Positions 21,073 to 32,641 of a stretch of DNA of 64,000 nucleotides are shown here, one piece after another. The DNA is from an uncultured archaeon (lineage in GTDB: Archaea > Asgardarchaeota > Lokiarchaeia > Sigyniarchaeales > SOKP01): the NCBI GenBank assembly GCA_964486045.1, contig CAZALK010000004.1:1-64000 (forward strand). Reading direction: 5' to 3'. How positions within the stretch are numbered: the stretch's first letter is position 1; each line of letters starts with the position of its first letter. Position numbers and translations under genes: made by a program. A model generated the notes under the pieces. That model was not told where the DNA came from. It did not search any database and saw only the letters and a program-made list of their open reading frames with translations.

Positions 21073-22191
21073 TTATGAAAGAAATTTAGATAATATCGAT
21101 GGATATATTTTATCATCATCTAAAATTTCAAGAGATTTAATATTCCATTTTGCAAATAAAATTCTATTTATATTACCAAATTCTTTCTTTATTTCAATTT
21201 CATTTATCTCTTTTTTATGAATAAAGTATTCATGAATTATGAAATCAATAAACCTTAAATATTTTTGAACTAAATACGGTTTTTGTCGGAATTCATTTAC
21301 CTGTTCATTGATTTCTTCTGAATAAGAAGGAGTTAATGTATTTAATGGAATTGACGGTTTTTTTTCATGATTAATACCCTCTTCAATTATTTTTATTTTT
21401 GAAAAAATTTGTTTCTTGAATTCTATATTACCAATTAATTTCAAATTAACATAATTTTTAAAATGATATGAAGATAAATGAATAGTTAAGCTTGCGATTT
21501 CTGCAATTGTTATCAAAGAAAATTGAAATACTCGCAGAATTTGATAATATTTTAGTTCAGAAAATTTTTCTTCTTTTTGATGTTTTATGTCGTCTTTTAT
21601 TAAATTATAAAGATTTCTTAAAATCTTTATTCTTCTAAAAGGATCTTTTTCTAAATAACTATTTGATAAAGTTACTTCAAAAGTTTTGCTTACTTTATCC
21701 ATTAAATGGGAAAAATCTTCAATTCTTGAATATGTCTTTAGACTAAAACTTCCTTTCTCTCGTTTTTTAATTCGTTTAGAGAATTCACCTATATTAAGCA
21801 ATCGTATGTTGAAGCTATCAGCGAATTGCTGTACTGTTTCAGGTACGCTTTCTCTTAAAATTAATAAGTGATTGATTTCTAATATTGTTAAAATTCCTTT
21901 ACAACGCAATATCTGGGAAAAAATTTGCTCAGATCTATGTTTACAATCTATTAAAAAAGTATTTTTTTCCAAATATTTTCCAAATAAAATACCATATATA
22001 TCTAAATCAGTAACTTTTATTTTATCATAGCTTTCGCCATATTCACTAATTTTCTGTCTTATTGCATACAAATTAAGTCTGGAATAAACTAAATACCCTA
22101 AATCCCATAAAAATTGATGAGCATCTCGTTCAAGGGCAATTCCTTTATAATTTTCCTCTTTATCATTTTCAACTATTTTTTTTTGTAGCAT
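21073..22191 (-). CDS. Putative PD-(D/E)xK restriction-like nuclease
   Basis: KGIALE..LWDLGY...TDLDIYG...LIDCKH. Confidence 0.7.
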   Translation of the reverse strand: MLQKKIVENDKEENYKGIALERDAHQFLWDLGYLVYSRLNLYAIRQKISEYGESYDKIKVTDLDIYGILFGKYLEKNTFLIDCKHRSEQIFSQILRCKGILTILEINHLLILRESVPETVQQFADSFNIRLLNIGEFSKRIKKREKGSFSLKTYSRIEDFSHLMDKVSKTFEVTLSNSYLEKDPFRRIKILRNLYNLIKDDIKHQKEEKFSELKYYQILRVFQFSLITIAEIASLTIHLSSYHFKNYVNLKLIGNIEFKKQIFSKIKIIEEGINHEKKPSIPLNTLTPSYSEEINEQVNEFRQKPYLVQKYLRFIDFIIHEYFIHKKEINEIEIKKEFGNINRILFAKWNIKSLEILDDDKIYPSILSKFLS

Positions 22192-22194
22192 ATT

Positions 22195-23409
22195 TTACGC
22201 CATATCTCTTAATACCTTTTTTAAATCAATAAACTGGTTTTTCATAAAATTATTATCTCTTATTCTCGCTCTAAACTTTGCCGGTTCTGCTAACCAACGA
22301 GGTGGTGAAGATTCTGTTTCTAAATTTGTTCCAAATTCGTTTTCTAATAGGTCTTTGGCCCCTTTTAAAACATTAGGTTTCATTACTGTCATTCTATATC
22401 TTTCTGACGTACTTCCTCTAATTATCTTAACCACTCCTTTTACTTCTATAGGAAAATAATTATTTCCAATACTGGTTGCATCTCCAGCAATTCCACTTTT
22501 AATCAACTTATTTAGAAATAACGAGGGACTAAATAACTTTCCTTTCCATCTACTAGGATAAATTTCATTATATCTAAAATATGCCGCAGTTTCATATGTT
22601 AAATCCCCGCATTCCATATTCTTTGGATTAGTAAATATAAAATCTTTTTTATTTGTATTACTTAATTCAACTGTCACAGGTAATAAAACTCCTTTAAAAG
22701 CCCCCTCAATTGTTGCTTGTTTAATTCTATCATCTAAATGTTCTACTGGATATGCTTCACAATTTTGGATTTTTCCCATTTCTTCAATAATTTGGTTTGT
22801 TGTTATATCATATTCAGTTAAAATAGCTAAGGTATTTTTATCAAGGTTTTTAAACAATCTTGGGGAATAATAATAACCTGTATCGTGGTAATGCAACAGT
22901 GAAAGATCTTCACAAATTTTAAGGATATCTCTCAAATCTGTACTATTTTTACATAATTCCTGTAAATCTTCAATTTTTTTTGGTATTAATGAAGTATATA
23001 AAACTTTTATAAGATTTTTTTGCTTGTTGGTAATAATTCCTATTTTTTCAAATTCTTTCCACTTCTTTTCAAAATAACTTATCACTCTATCGTAAGAATC
23101 TATATGAATAATAATATTATCTTCCTCAATTGTAAAGGAGGGAAACTCAACATCATCTGAAGGTAATAAAGGCATAGTTTGATATATATTAAAAGTGGTT
23201 GCTAAACGGTTGAATAAATTCATAGGTATTTCATTATCCTCACCTTTTCTCATTAAAGAGCGAAGAAAGTAAGATATACGTCCTAATTCTACAATACCAT
23301 AAAATTCATAAGATATATCTTGTCTATTCTTTTGTTCTATAGCTGAAACTAAATCCATACACGATTCCATAATGATTCTAAAATCTAAATATTCAAAATT
23401 ATCATCCAT
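22195..23409 (-). CDS. Hypothetical protein, operon partner of nuclease
   Basis: 404-aa ORF ending 3 bp upstream of the nuclease start. Confidence 0.75.
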   Translation of the reverse strand: MDDNFEYLDFRIIMESCMDLVSAIEQKNRQDISYEFYGIVELGRISYFLRSLMRKGEDNEIPMNLFNRLATTFNIYQTMPLLPSDDVEFPSFTIEEDNIIIHIDSYDRVISYFEKKWKEFEKIGIITNKQKNLIKVLYTSLIPKKIEDLQELCKNSTDLRDILKICEDLSLLHYHDTGYYYSPRLFKNLDKNTLAILTEYDITTNQIIEEMGKIQNCEAYPVEHLDDRIKQATIEGAFKGVLLPVTVELSNTNKKDFIFTNPKNMECGDLTYETAAYFRYNEIYPSRWKGKLFSPSLFLNKLIKSGIAGDATSIGNNYFPIEVKGVVKIIRGSTSERYRMTVMKPNVLKGAKDLLENEFGTNLETESSPPRWLAEPAKFRARIRDNNFMKNQFIDLKKVLRDMA

Positions 23410-23590
23410 TTTCTTTCAACTTAGGCTTTAAATTTAAATAAAGGCGGCCAAATTTAAAAATGATTCTCTAAAAAGATTTAGTGAGTTTTCTTTTGTCAAG
23501 TAAACTAGGATTGGTTTTTGGGAGTAAATATTCTGAATTTTGAAAATAGATTTGTTTTTTGTATATTAAAGCACTTTTTGTACCAACCAT

Positions 23591-23603
23591 CGTGAAACGG
23601 TTA
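23591..23603 (-). repeat. Half site CGTGAAA-CGGTTA
   Basis: Exact; between divergent genes. Confidence 0.95.
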
Positions 23604-23823
23604 CTAAACTAATAAACAGAGAACTTAAAAGTAGTAGTTTAAGAAGAATCACAGACCAATGGGAGTTTTATAAAAACTTAAAACAAAAAAGGAAAAAAAT
23701 AGTAAAAAACGATTATCAAAATATAAATTGATAAAATAAGTTATTTATTTGTTGCATTAAAGTAAGCTTGCCATTAGGAATTAATTCAAAAGTTAGTATA
23801 AATATCACAACGGGTTATCAATC

Positions 23824-25353
23824 ATGAAGAAGTTGTTGCAGAAACAAGAATTTCAATGGGTAAAAGAGAAATTACTCCCTCTGTTTGGTTTGCTAAATAT
23901 CGGTAATAGAAGGATTAAGGGAAATATTGGTGAGTTGTTCATTTTTCCAATGAGTAAAGAAAATATAATCTTTAATTTAATGCGAATAACTAATAAAGAA
24001 AAAAATGAAGTTATCAAACTACTGAAACAATTTGAAAAAAAATTTCAAAATTTTGTAAATACTGAATCAAAGAAAAATGAGTTAATATATTACACATCTT
24101 CCCCACGAAAACATTTTTCCGTAAGTAGAAAATGCCTAAATTCTAATGATTTAGATTTCTCATCGGAGTATTATGTATTAAAGAAGAAACTAGAGGAATT
24201 ATCTAGAAAATCAATTGAAAATTTAACTTTTAATGCTGAAGAAATTTACCAGACATTAATTCATAATTCTCATACTATAAATCATTTAATAATCCTTGCT
24301 TTACTGACCAACATCACCCGTGTACTCTTTTATGAGAAATTTTATAAACTTGATACAACAAAATATGGACCTCAGAAAAAAGATATTATAAAAATTCTGA
24401 AAAAGGCTGAATTAGATGAAAAATTCATACTACGATATATTGAAGATTTCAACTATGATCTAATTTATCAAATATTGTCTTATGATAAAATTTTTTATGC
24501 TATAATTTATTCTCATGAATTTAACAGTGGTACTTGTTATCGAAGTGATAATCTATTAATAGTGAAGGATGTTGCTCAAAAAATACATGAAAAATTAGAA
24601 AAAGTCGATTTTATCGGAACAATAAGTACAAAATATAAAAAAATTAAAAATAAATTAGAAAATGAACTCGATAGATTACCTTTGTTTGAATATAAAGATA
24701 GGAAGATTGAATTCCTTACAGAAAATGGTAATAACTACAAAATTCTAAACCCAAATGAACCTTTCTTAACTTTCAATGCAGAAAATTATAAGGCAGAATA
24801 TCAATGGTTTGAAAAAAATGGTTTTTTCAAAATTAAAAATAATTTGATAACTATTAATCCAGGGATGGAAGAAAGCTTTAAGTCTTTTTTTGAAAATACA
24901 AAAAGAGTAGAAGATGCAAGAATAGAACAAAATATGAGAGATCTTTTGGAACTTTGGTTAAACTTAGATTTTAATTTAAAAGAAGAAAAACTCAGAATTA
25001 TAGATAAATCTTCTGATTTCGACACTATTAAAATAAAGAAAAAACCTTTTCTTGATAATTTAACACCTTTAGAAGATGAGTTAAAAATATCTGATGAAAT
25101 ACAAATAAGAGGTTATGCTCTTAAATTGTATGAGGTGTTTTTAAAAAATCCCAGTAAAAAAAATGTAGATAAACTGCTAGGGTCGTTAAATCAGCGTATA
25201 GAAAATTGGAAGCCTGAACAAAAGAATGTAATACTTAGTGAACTTAAAATACTTATTGAAACAGAAAAAGATATTAATCCTAAATGGAAGAAATATAGTA
25301 AAATACTATTGAAGAGCCTGTTTTCTATGTATAGCTTAAAATTTCCTTCGTGA
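23824..25353 (+). CDS. Hypothetical protein; stop codon lies within repeat site
   Basis: 509-aa ORF ending TCG-TGA in TCGTGAAATAACCG. Confidence 0.75.
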   Translation: MKKLLQKQEFQWVKEKLLPLFGLLNIGNRRIKGNIGELFIFPMSKENIIFNLMRITNKEKNEVIKLLKQFEKKFQNFVNTESKKNELIYYTSSPRKHFSVSRKCLNSNDLDFSSEYYVLKKKLEELSRKSIENLTFNAEEIYQTLIHNSHTINHLIILALLTNITRVLFYEKFYKLDTTKYGPQKKDIIKILKKAELDEKFILRYIEDFNYDLIYQILSYDKIFYAIIYSHEFNSGTCYRSDNLLIVKDVAQKIHEKLEKVDFIGTISTKYKKIKNKLENELDRLPLFEYKDRKIEFLTENGNNYKILNPNEPFLTFNAENYKAEYQWFEKNGFFKIKNNLITINPGMEESFKSFFENTKRVEDARIEQNMRDLLELWLNLDFNLKEEKLRIIDKSSDFDTIKIKKKPFLDNLTPLEDELKISDEIQIRGYALKLYEVFLKNPSKKNVDKLLGSLNQRIENWKPEQKNVILSELKILIETEKDINPKWKKYSKILLKSLFSMYSLKFPS

Positions 25354-25361
25354 AATAACCG
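25349..25361 (+). repeat. Half site CGTGAAA-TAACCG
   Basis: Exact; overlaps the stop codon of 23824-25353. Confidence 0.95.
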
Positions 25362-25481
25362 AAAAGTATAATCTTATAAGTAATGCTTAAAACAAGATTA
25401 AATCTGAATAGTGTGTTAGCTCTGAAATCTTTCTAATTGGTCGAATAATATGAAAAATTTATAAATCCATAAAAATAGATT

Positions 25482-26465
25482 ATGATATGGAGGAAATGCT
25501 ATATGGTTAGAATTCAATTAAATGGCAAAGAAATCAAGGAATTGGAAATTCCTGAGAAAGATTTGCATTCAATTGTAGAAAATAATTCAGAATTATTATT
25601 AAATTGTTATTTGATAAAATCAAAGTATAATTTTGAGGGGCGTTATGGTAAGACTGGGGGAGAATTAGATTCACTCATGATTGATAAAGAAACTCTTCGT
25701 CCAGTTATAGTTGAATATAAAATGGGTAAGTTAGAAAGGAATAAAACCGCCGTTAATCAAATTATTTATTATTATGATTGGATAAACGATCATAAATCTA
25801 AAGTTACCAATTTAATTTTAGATGAGATTAGACAAAAAAAATTACAATTTGAAAATATAAGTGAAGATGAACAAAATATTAGTATCAATTGGAATGAAGA
25901 CATACGATGCATAATAATCGCTAAAGAATTTAGTGATTGGGATATAGTTCTTCTAGAATATCTTAATATATATATTGAACTATATACTTATCGCTATTTT
26001 GAAGATAATACATTTGATCTAATCCTTGCTATCGATCTACAAGATAGTATAAAACACGAAAAAAAAATAAAACAAGATGAGCCTCAGAAAAGGAAAGATG
26101 ACAAAGATAATGAAAATTTAGTAGAGGATTTATATAATAGATCCAAATTTCAAGCAGTTAAAGAGTTTATTGACAAATGGAAGGAAAAGTTTGAATTAAG
26201 GGGTACAATATATTATCTGGCTTTCAAAGATCGGTCCGAAAATAACACAATATTAAGGTTATACATCAGAAAGACTATGAAGTTAAAGATCACTTTGTTA
26301 CCAATTCTATCTTTAGAAGAGTTAAAAGAAGGATTTCCAAATTTAAACATCAGAGAAAATCCATATGGACATGACTTGGCTATAGTAATTACAGAATTAA
26401 ATTCTGAGGAGGAGGTGAACAAATTCTTAAATTTCATTTCCGAGGGATTAGAGAACTATATATAA
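25482..26465 (+). CDS. NucS/EndoMS-like PD-(D/E)xK nuclease domain protein
   Basis: EKDLHSIVENN..GELDSLMID..PVIVEYK..VNQIIYY. Confidence 0.75.
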   Translation: MIWRKCYMVRIQLNGKEIKELEIPEKDLHSIVENNSELLLNCYLIKSKYNFEGRYGKTGGELDSLMIDKETLRPVIVEYKMGKLERNKTAVNQIIYYYDWINDHKSKVTNLILDEIRQKKLQFENISEDEQNISINWNEDIRCIIIAKEFSDWDIVLLEYLNIYIELYTYRYFEDNTFDLILAIDLQDSIKHEKKIKQDEPQKRKDDKDNENLVEDLYNRSKFQAVKEFIDKWKEKFELRGTIYYLAFKDRSENNTILRLYIRKTMKLKITLLPILSLEELKEGFPNLNIRENPYGHDLAIVITELNSEEEVNKFLNFISEGLENYI

Positions 26466-26471
26466 TTATTT

Positions 26472-26484
26472 CGTGAAATAACCG
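26472..26484 (+). repeat. Half site CGTGAAA-TAACCG
   Basis: Exact; between convergent stops. Confidence 0.95.
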
Positions 26485-26505
26485 ACGTTGCTTATAATAT
26501 ACGGC

Positions 26506-28686
26506 TTATTTTAAAACTTCCTTCAAGTAGTAAGCTAGGATTGGAATAAGTTCCTTAGGTTCTATGATTGATAATTTTTTATTCTTTAATTTAGCAATTT
26601 CAATTAGCATAACTCTAAGTCTGGAATCAATAATTCTTCCAGAAACAACTAAAATAAACCTAATTGTATCGTTAAAACATGCTTCGACGAACTGTTCTAA
26701 TAAATGGTCATTTTCCTTATATGTTAATTTACCAAATTGAATATCTAACAGTTCTTCTGATGTCTTTCGAGGTGTGTTTTTATAACTCTTTGCGATACCA
26801 TATAAGATTTCAGTTTGTTCTGAAAATTGTTGAGGAAATGCAAAATCACCGAATTCCATTCCGCTATGAGGGTGTGCTTGTCCAGTAGAAATTTTAGCAA
26901 AAATTTTTGATATGCAAATCTCCTCTTTATTTTCTGAAAGATCACAACTCCTGCACTTACCTTTGTAATCTTTACATTTCTCAAGTATCTGAGTTATATT
27001 TAGTGCTTGGGCTTTCTGAATTGTTGGATGTAAATCTTTAAGTTTAGGGATGTCTTTAAAACTGGGTAATTCGTCCCAGTTGTATAATATTTTATCTGTA
27101 TTAATACTTCTATACAATTTGTTTTCTCTTATGTAATAAACTTCATTTTCACTATTAATATTAAATCCTATCTTTAGAATATCAAAAATCTTATTTAATT
27201 CCATTTTAAAATCTAAATTGAAGATAAATGTGAAAGCATCATCTTTACTTAATTTCTGTTTATGATCGTCTAAACATTCTAGTTCAAGATCTTCTAATAT
27301 TTCAGTTTGACATTCAACACATCTTATATAGAGAGTATTTTCAGCAAATTTTCTGAAAATTTTAAAATTTGTAGAATCGCATTGTTCATTAGGACAAATA
27401 ATCATGGCATTACAATCTTCCTGATTACAGTTAAGGTTAGCAATACTCATAAGATAATCTTGAAAATTATAAGCAATATCTAAGGGAAATAACAATTCTA
27501 ATTCATCTAATTCTGGGTGATTTTTTAAACTGATGACTTTTTCAATTAATTCATACAATTTCTCTTGGGCTTTTTTGTTTCTAATATGATTATATAATTT
27601 CGTCCGAGCAATGTAATCGTGAGATTTAATATAGGATTTAAAATCCTTAGAAAGTAAAAAACTTTCCTGAATTTTCATTAATTTTATGAGAATTGTGATT
27701 AACCAGTCCCTACATTTATCAAGTTTAATGTTCTTACCTATTAGAGATATTTTACCGATTTCCGCAACACTAACTTTGATTTTATTAAGAAAACCTTCAA
27801 TATTCGTAAAATAACTACCCATTTTTCTCTCGTAATTTAATAAAAAATTATAAATTGGATCCTTTGACTTTTCTGGGTATTTTTTATCTATTATTGTAAT
27901 AGAATCTAAGAAAGAGTTGTCAAGTTCTTTTTTAGAAGCTAAAGAAATTTTAACCATTTCATTAAAATCAAAAATTTTGTCAACTATCGATTTCTGTAAA
28001 TTAAACTTCCAAACTGATGTTTTGAATATCTCCTCAAGGTATTTAATTATTGCTTCTACAATTCTGTATGATTGACATTTAATTATAACTAATTCGTTAG
28101 TAATATCAATCCAAAACAAACCAAATTTCAGAGAGTAAACATAACGAGGGACATATTTCGGATCTAGATATTTTATTATCTCTAAAAATTCGAATTTAAA
28201 TTCCAAAATATCTTCTTTGTGAATCACGTCATTTACAATTTTGAAATCTTTATATCGTAAAGCAGATGAAAGTTCTTTATCTTTAATATTTCCAATTAAA
28301 ACAAATTTCGCAAATTCATCTAATTCAGCTTTCTCAAAAGCCTTTTGAATCTCATTTTTTACCTCACCTATATTAGCAAAGGGTTGCGTTTTATACTTAT
28401 ATAAATAAAAAATAGGGTTAGAACTATCACGAAATTGGAAATACAATTCTCTCTCTTCCTCATTTGTGAGAATTTCAGATTTCACAAAAAAATGTATAAG
28501 TTTATAATGAGCAAGATTTTCTAATGCTGTTTTAGGATGTTCTACTTCCTTTCTAAATATCTCAAAGTATTTAGTTTTTAATCTTTCAGTTGAAATCTTT
28601 TTATTTTTTATAATCCCTAATAAATAATTTGAAGGAACTACGCTTAAAAAAAAAGTTCGTTGTAAAAGTTCTTCCTTTGACATCAA
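26506..28686 (-). CDS. Large hypothetical protein with Cys-rich Zn-binding segments and possible C-terminal nuclease-like domain
   Basis: CNQEDC, CPNEQC, CVEC, C..CRSC..C; C-terminal HPHSGMEFGD...GIAKS. Confidence 0.7.
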   Translation of the reverse strand: MMSKEELLQRTFFLSVVPSNYLLGIIKNKKISTERLKTKYFEIFRKEVEHPKTALENLAHYKLIHFFVKSEILTNEEERELYFQFRDSSNPIFYLYKYKTQPFANIGEVKNEIQKAFEKAELDEFAKFVLIGNIKDKELSSALRYKDFKIVNDVIHKEDILEFKFEFLEIIKYLDPKYVPRYVYSLKFGLFWIDITNELVIIKCQSYRIVEAIIKYLEEIFKTSVWKFNLQKSIVDKIFDFNEMVKISLASKKELDNSFLDSITIIDKKYPEKSKDPIYNFLLNYERKMGSYFTNIEGFLNKIKVSVAEIGKISLIGKNIKLDKCRDWLITILIKLMKIQESFLLSKDFKSYIKSHDYIARTKLYNHIRNKKAQEKLYELIEKVISLKNHPELDELELLFPLDIAYNFQDYLMSIANLNCNQEDCNAMIICPNEQCDSTNFKIFRKFAENTLYIRCVECQTEILEDLELECLDDHKQKLSKDDAFTFIFNLDFKMELNKIFDILKIGFNINSENEVYYIRENKLYRSINTDKILYNWDELPSFKDIPKLKDLHPTIQKAQALNITQILEKCKDYKGKCRSCDLSENKEEICISKIFAKISTGQAHPHSGMEFGDFAFPQQFSEQTEILYGIAKSYKNTPRKTSEELLDIQFGKLTYKENDHLLEQFVEACFNDTIRFILVVSGRIIDSRLRVMLIEIAKLKNKKLSIIEPKELIPILAYYLKEVLK

Positions 28687-28838
28687 ATACTCGTTTTAAG
28701 ATTTAAAAAATTAATAAACTTTAGTCTTTAATCAAGGAATGCTTCTTCTTCTATATAAGTTTTAATATCTTAATCCATTGATTTGATGGCATCTTGAAAA
28801 TTATAAGAAATCATAAAAGATTAAGCCTAATAAAACTT

Positions 28839-28851
28839 CGTGAAACGGTTA
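28839..28851 (-). repeat. Half site CGTGAAA-CGGTTA (extended family-alpha flank to 28884)
   Basis: Exact; between divergent genes. Confidence 0.95.
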
Positions 28852-28953
28852 GTTCATTTAAAATAATCTAGTTAATTCATGAAATGAAGAGAAAAATTTT
28901 ATCCTAAATTAAAAAATAGGAATAATATTTTAGAATCAAAATTTAATTCAATT

Positions 28954-30423
28954 ATGTTAAATGAAATTAAGCTTAGTATTCATCAAATAGTAGAATTACT
29001 AATAGACTCATATAAAACTATTGACTACAGATGTATTTTATATAAAAAACATGATAATTGGAATCGAATTTTAACGGTCTTAAGATTTTCTAATCAGTCG
29101 CAAGAAGAGATAAATCATAGATTTTTAGATCTGAGTTTGAATAAATTTAGTATAAAAAATTTGAAAATTGAATATGGAGTTATTAACATTTCCGAATGGG
29201 AATCTTTTCTCATAGGAATTTATGATGACTTAAATGAAGAAGTAGAAATATTTGAACCAAATGAATTCCATTATAATTATAAAGAGTATGAAAAATACGA
29301 AGAATCATTCCTAAGTGAATTTAAAGCATCAATTAACACAAAATCAGCAAGATCCTCTCTTCTAACTGAAAATGAGATTAAAAACTATAATATTATTAAT
29401 TATTATTACTGCCTTCACGATCTAAATGAACACCACAATAAATTTAGCGACTCTTTAAACGAGGAGGTGATGTTATTAGGAGAAGACAACATTTACGATG
29501 TTATCAATAGAGTGATGCAACTTGATGGATATAGTTCTCAAAATAGCCTATACATCTCAATCTTGATGCCCATTTATATAAAAATTAGAAATCTATCTTA
29601 TGAATCCAGTAAATTATCAGGTACAATAGAATTTCATAAGATCTTTAGTGGTTCAAAAATCTTTTTTAGGATTTTTTCTGAACCTACTTATAAGATAGCA
29701 TCATTAAAAGGAACAGAAGAGCTCTCAATTGATTTCGAGCATAAAGGAGCCAAGGCCATAAAACATGAATATTATGAAATCCCTATTTTGATTGACTTCA
29801 AAAATTATGATTGTGATCCCAATTTTGAGATTAGAGTTTTTTGGGAGAAATTCCACGAAAATTATTTAGTAACTTTTCAGAAATCTTTTGGTTCTCCTAG
29901 ATATATGCAACAATTTGAAGAATTGAAAGTAGATTTATCAGAGGGAATCCAGAATCTTGAAATATCAAATTATCAATACTTAATTGATCCTGGGATATCT
30001 ATAGATGATGATTATAAAAAAATAATTACAAATATTAATGAAGCATTTAAAAGAGGTTTATATGACTGTGTTTACATCTTAGTAAGAAAATTACTTGAAA
30101 ATTATTTAATTGATTGCTTAAGATTATATTATTCGATGAAGCAAACAGACAAATTTTACAACAAGGGTAAATTTCTCTCATTTAACACACTTAAATTAAA
30201 CTTCAATAAGATGATTAATGAAGATAATTTTAGAGCTGCAGTTAGTCCGATCCAGCAAGCAATTATAGATTATTTAGATATTTTTAGAGAATCAGGAAAT
30301 GCGAGTGCTCATTCATTTTTTAGTATAGATCACCAACAAATAATGGAAGATAATAAAGAAAGACTAAAGATTCTCTTAGAATTACTTTCGAAAATCTTTC
30401 GAGGATTAAAAAAAGTATCGTAA
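28954..30423 (+). CDS. Hypothetical protein with C-terminal HEPN/DUF4145-like domain (paralog of 42088-43566)
   Basis: LVRKLLEN...FRESGNASAH; alignable end to end with 42088-43566. Confidence 0.75.
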   Translation: MLNEIKLSIHQIVELLIDSYKTIDYRCILYKKHDNWNRILTVLRFSNQSQEEINHRFLDLSLNKFSIKNLKIEYGVINISEWESFLIGIYDDLNEEVEIFEPNEFHYNYKEYEKYEESFLSEFKASINTKSARSSLLTENEIKNYNIINYYYCLHDLNEHHNKFSDSLNEEVMLLGEDNIYDVINRVMQLDGYSSQNSLYISILMPIYIKIRNLSYESSKLSGTIEFHKIFSGSKIFFRIFSEPTYKIASLKGTEELSIDFEHKGAKAIKHEYYEIPILIDFKNYDCDPNFEIRVFWEKFHENYLVTFQKSFGSPRYMQQFEELKVDLSEGIQNLEISNYQYLIDPGISIDDDYKKIITNINEAFKRGLYDCVYILVRKLLENYLIDCLRLYYSMKQTDKFYNKGKFLSFNTLKLNFNKMINEDNFRAAVSPIQQAIIDYLDIFRESGNASAHSFFSIDHQQIMEDNKERLKILLELLSKIFRGLKKVS

Positions 30424-30697
30424 AATTAATTTTGAGATTGGTTATTTCTTCTTTCCAACCTCTCTTTTGCTATGGCTATTTTTCTCTCTTTTGCTAAACC
30501 TATGGCAGTAAGGGCAGAAAACAGATGCTTTGTAAGTCATTTTATACAATTTTCTTTCAAGTTATTAATATGAGTGAAAATTAATATTATAAAAAGGATA
30601 GGAACCCTAACAATTATTGATTTATAAATGGTGATTAAATAATTGTTTTGATAAACACTCTAACTGCTTAAATTTACAAGCTAACTACTTCAAGGAT

Positions 30698-30710
30698 CGT
30701 GAAACGGTTA
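30698..30710 (-). repeat. Half site CGTGAAA-CGGTTA
   Basis: Exact; intergenic. Confidence 0.95.
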
Positions 30711-30995
30711 TTCATTTATCCTAGCAGTTTTAGACTAGATACGTTAAATAACTGTTATATTTAGAAAAAGTTTATTATAACCTAAAAAGTATAAATTTAT
30801 ACATAATCTAATAATTTATGAATTTTTTACTTTTTGTTTTCTTGTAAATATTTAACTGCTTTCAAAAGAATGAGAGGATTTTACTAACATTTTCCTATGG
30901 GACGATTACAATTATGGCACATAATCCCTCTAATCTTTCCAGCTTTGTAGTTATGGTCAGTATCTCGCTTATAATCGCAAGAATAGCAAGAAATT

Positions 30996-32454
30996 TTAGT
31001 TAATTTGCTTAAACAAGCTTATTAAATAATTCTTCCAAGAGTTTCCATTCACTTTTTGATATTTTAACCATATTCTCAGAATAAATATAATTAAGTAGGG
31101 AAAATGACGAAAAATTAGTAATTCGAGCTCATGACTATCAGGAGCATTTGAATTAGGATGTTTAAGATATTTTGGTTCAAGACTCAATTTATCTAAGTTA
31201 CCAATATCTGCATGAGCAATTTTATTCCGATATCTAAAACAACTTATTATTAAACTTTTCAAATCCTCCTTTGTTTCAAATGTTTTCAAGGGAGTTTTTA
31301 ATGAATATTTACTTTAAAAAATATATTGCCAATAATTGTTTTCTTGTTCAGATAGTTTCACAAATGTCGCGGCTACAGGCCAACTATTACTATTATCAGG
31401 AGATTTAGTTAGTTTTTTCAAGTCTTTATGGATAAGCAAGTTTTCTAAAATGGATATTAAAAGAAAATTCTTGATATGGACATATTGAATATTTCTTAGT
31501 GTTCTTAGCACTTCAAGGGCATATCTAAAAATAATCGTATCATTTTCCATAGGATCTTCCATATAAAATGATTCATAAAACCAATCATAATTTTTACTCC
31601 ATAAATCAACCCAATCAATATAATCAGGTCTATCAAAAGATATATAGGATTGATCGGGGGGAAAACCAGAATAAGTGTGGAATCTTGAAATATCTTCAAA
31701 AGGTAATGAAAATGGGGGTATTTTTACAAAGAATTGATCACTAAAAGTACACTGATCTAAATCGTGTTGATTACCATAACATAAAAAAATTCATAAATAC
31801 TGACTACTTTCTCCTGTAATAAATTATGTCTTGAATAGGTAGAATAAGGCATTATAGGGTGAAATTTATCTTCATATGGATTGTCGTTCCTCATTCTTTT
31901 TGTTATTTCATATTCTGCGATTAAACCCCCATTTGCTTCTGAATGTTTTGATCGATCCCATGATTTGGGGATATCTTTGAAATTTGTCACTTCAAAAGGT
32001 TCATCTATCTCTGCTATATCTAATAATCTGTGTTTAGTATCAAAAATTACTTCTTTTTCTTCTTTAGGAAAATAAACTCGAAAAACTGGAATATATATTA
32101 TGTATTGAAATGAATCTGAAAGAAGAATATCTTTTTCTAAAACACTATATTGTTCCTCAAATAGTTTTTTAAGAATACTAGAAGAATCCATTAATGTTTT
32201 ATTTATCTTGTGGTCTACTGCAATTCTTGTCATTTTTTTTAAAAAAGTAGGTATGTAATAATGTCCTAATAGATTATGTATTCCATTGATTCATAATTCC
32301 ATTGAAATTTAGCGATATTGGAATTATTGTTTAATTCTATCAGAAATTTTTTTCCTCGAGATTCAGAAAAAATCCTCTCTCGACGATTTTTATTTTGATA
32401 ATAATATTGAAAAAATTCCCAAATAAGTTCTAATAATTCTTTATTTTTTGCCAT
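30996..32454 (-). pseudogene. Fragmented gene with C-terminal HEPN (Apea-like) motif
   Basis: Five consecutive short minus-strand ORFs; LLISILENLL and YRNKIAH motifs in the distal fragments. Confidence 0.6.
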
Positions 32455-32641
32455 TATATTAATACTGAATCTTTAATTAGAATTTTTTATCTATTCTATT
32501 ATTTATATACAAATTTTCTATTATTTTTTTCTTAATCCCTCAGTAGTTAGGAGAACATGTACCAATTATTGAGGAAACAGATATATTCAAAATGCATTTA
32601 TTATAGGAGTAATGACTGTTGGATTACTTTTTGTAGAAATG

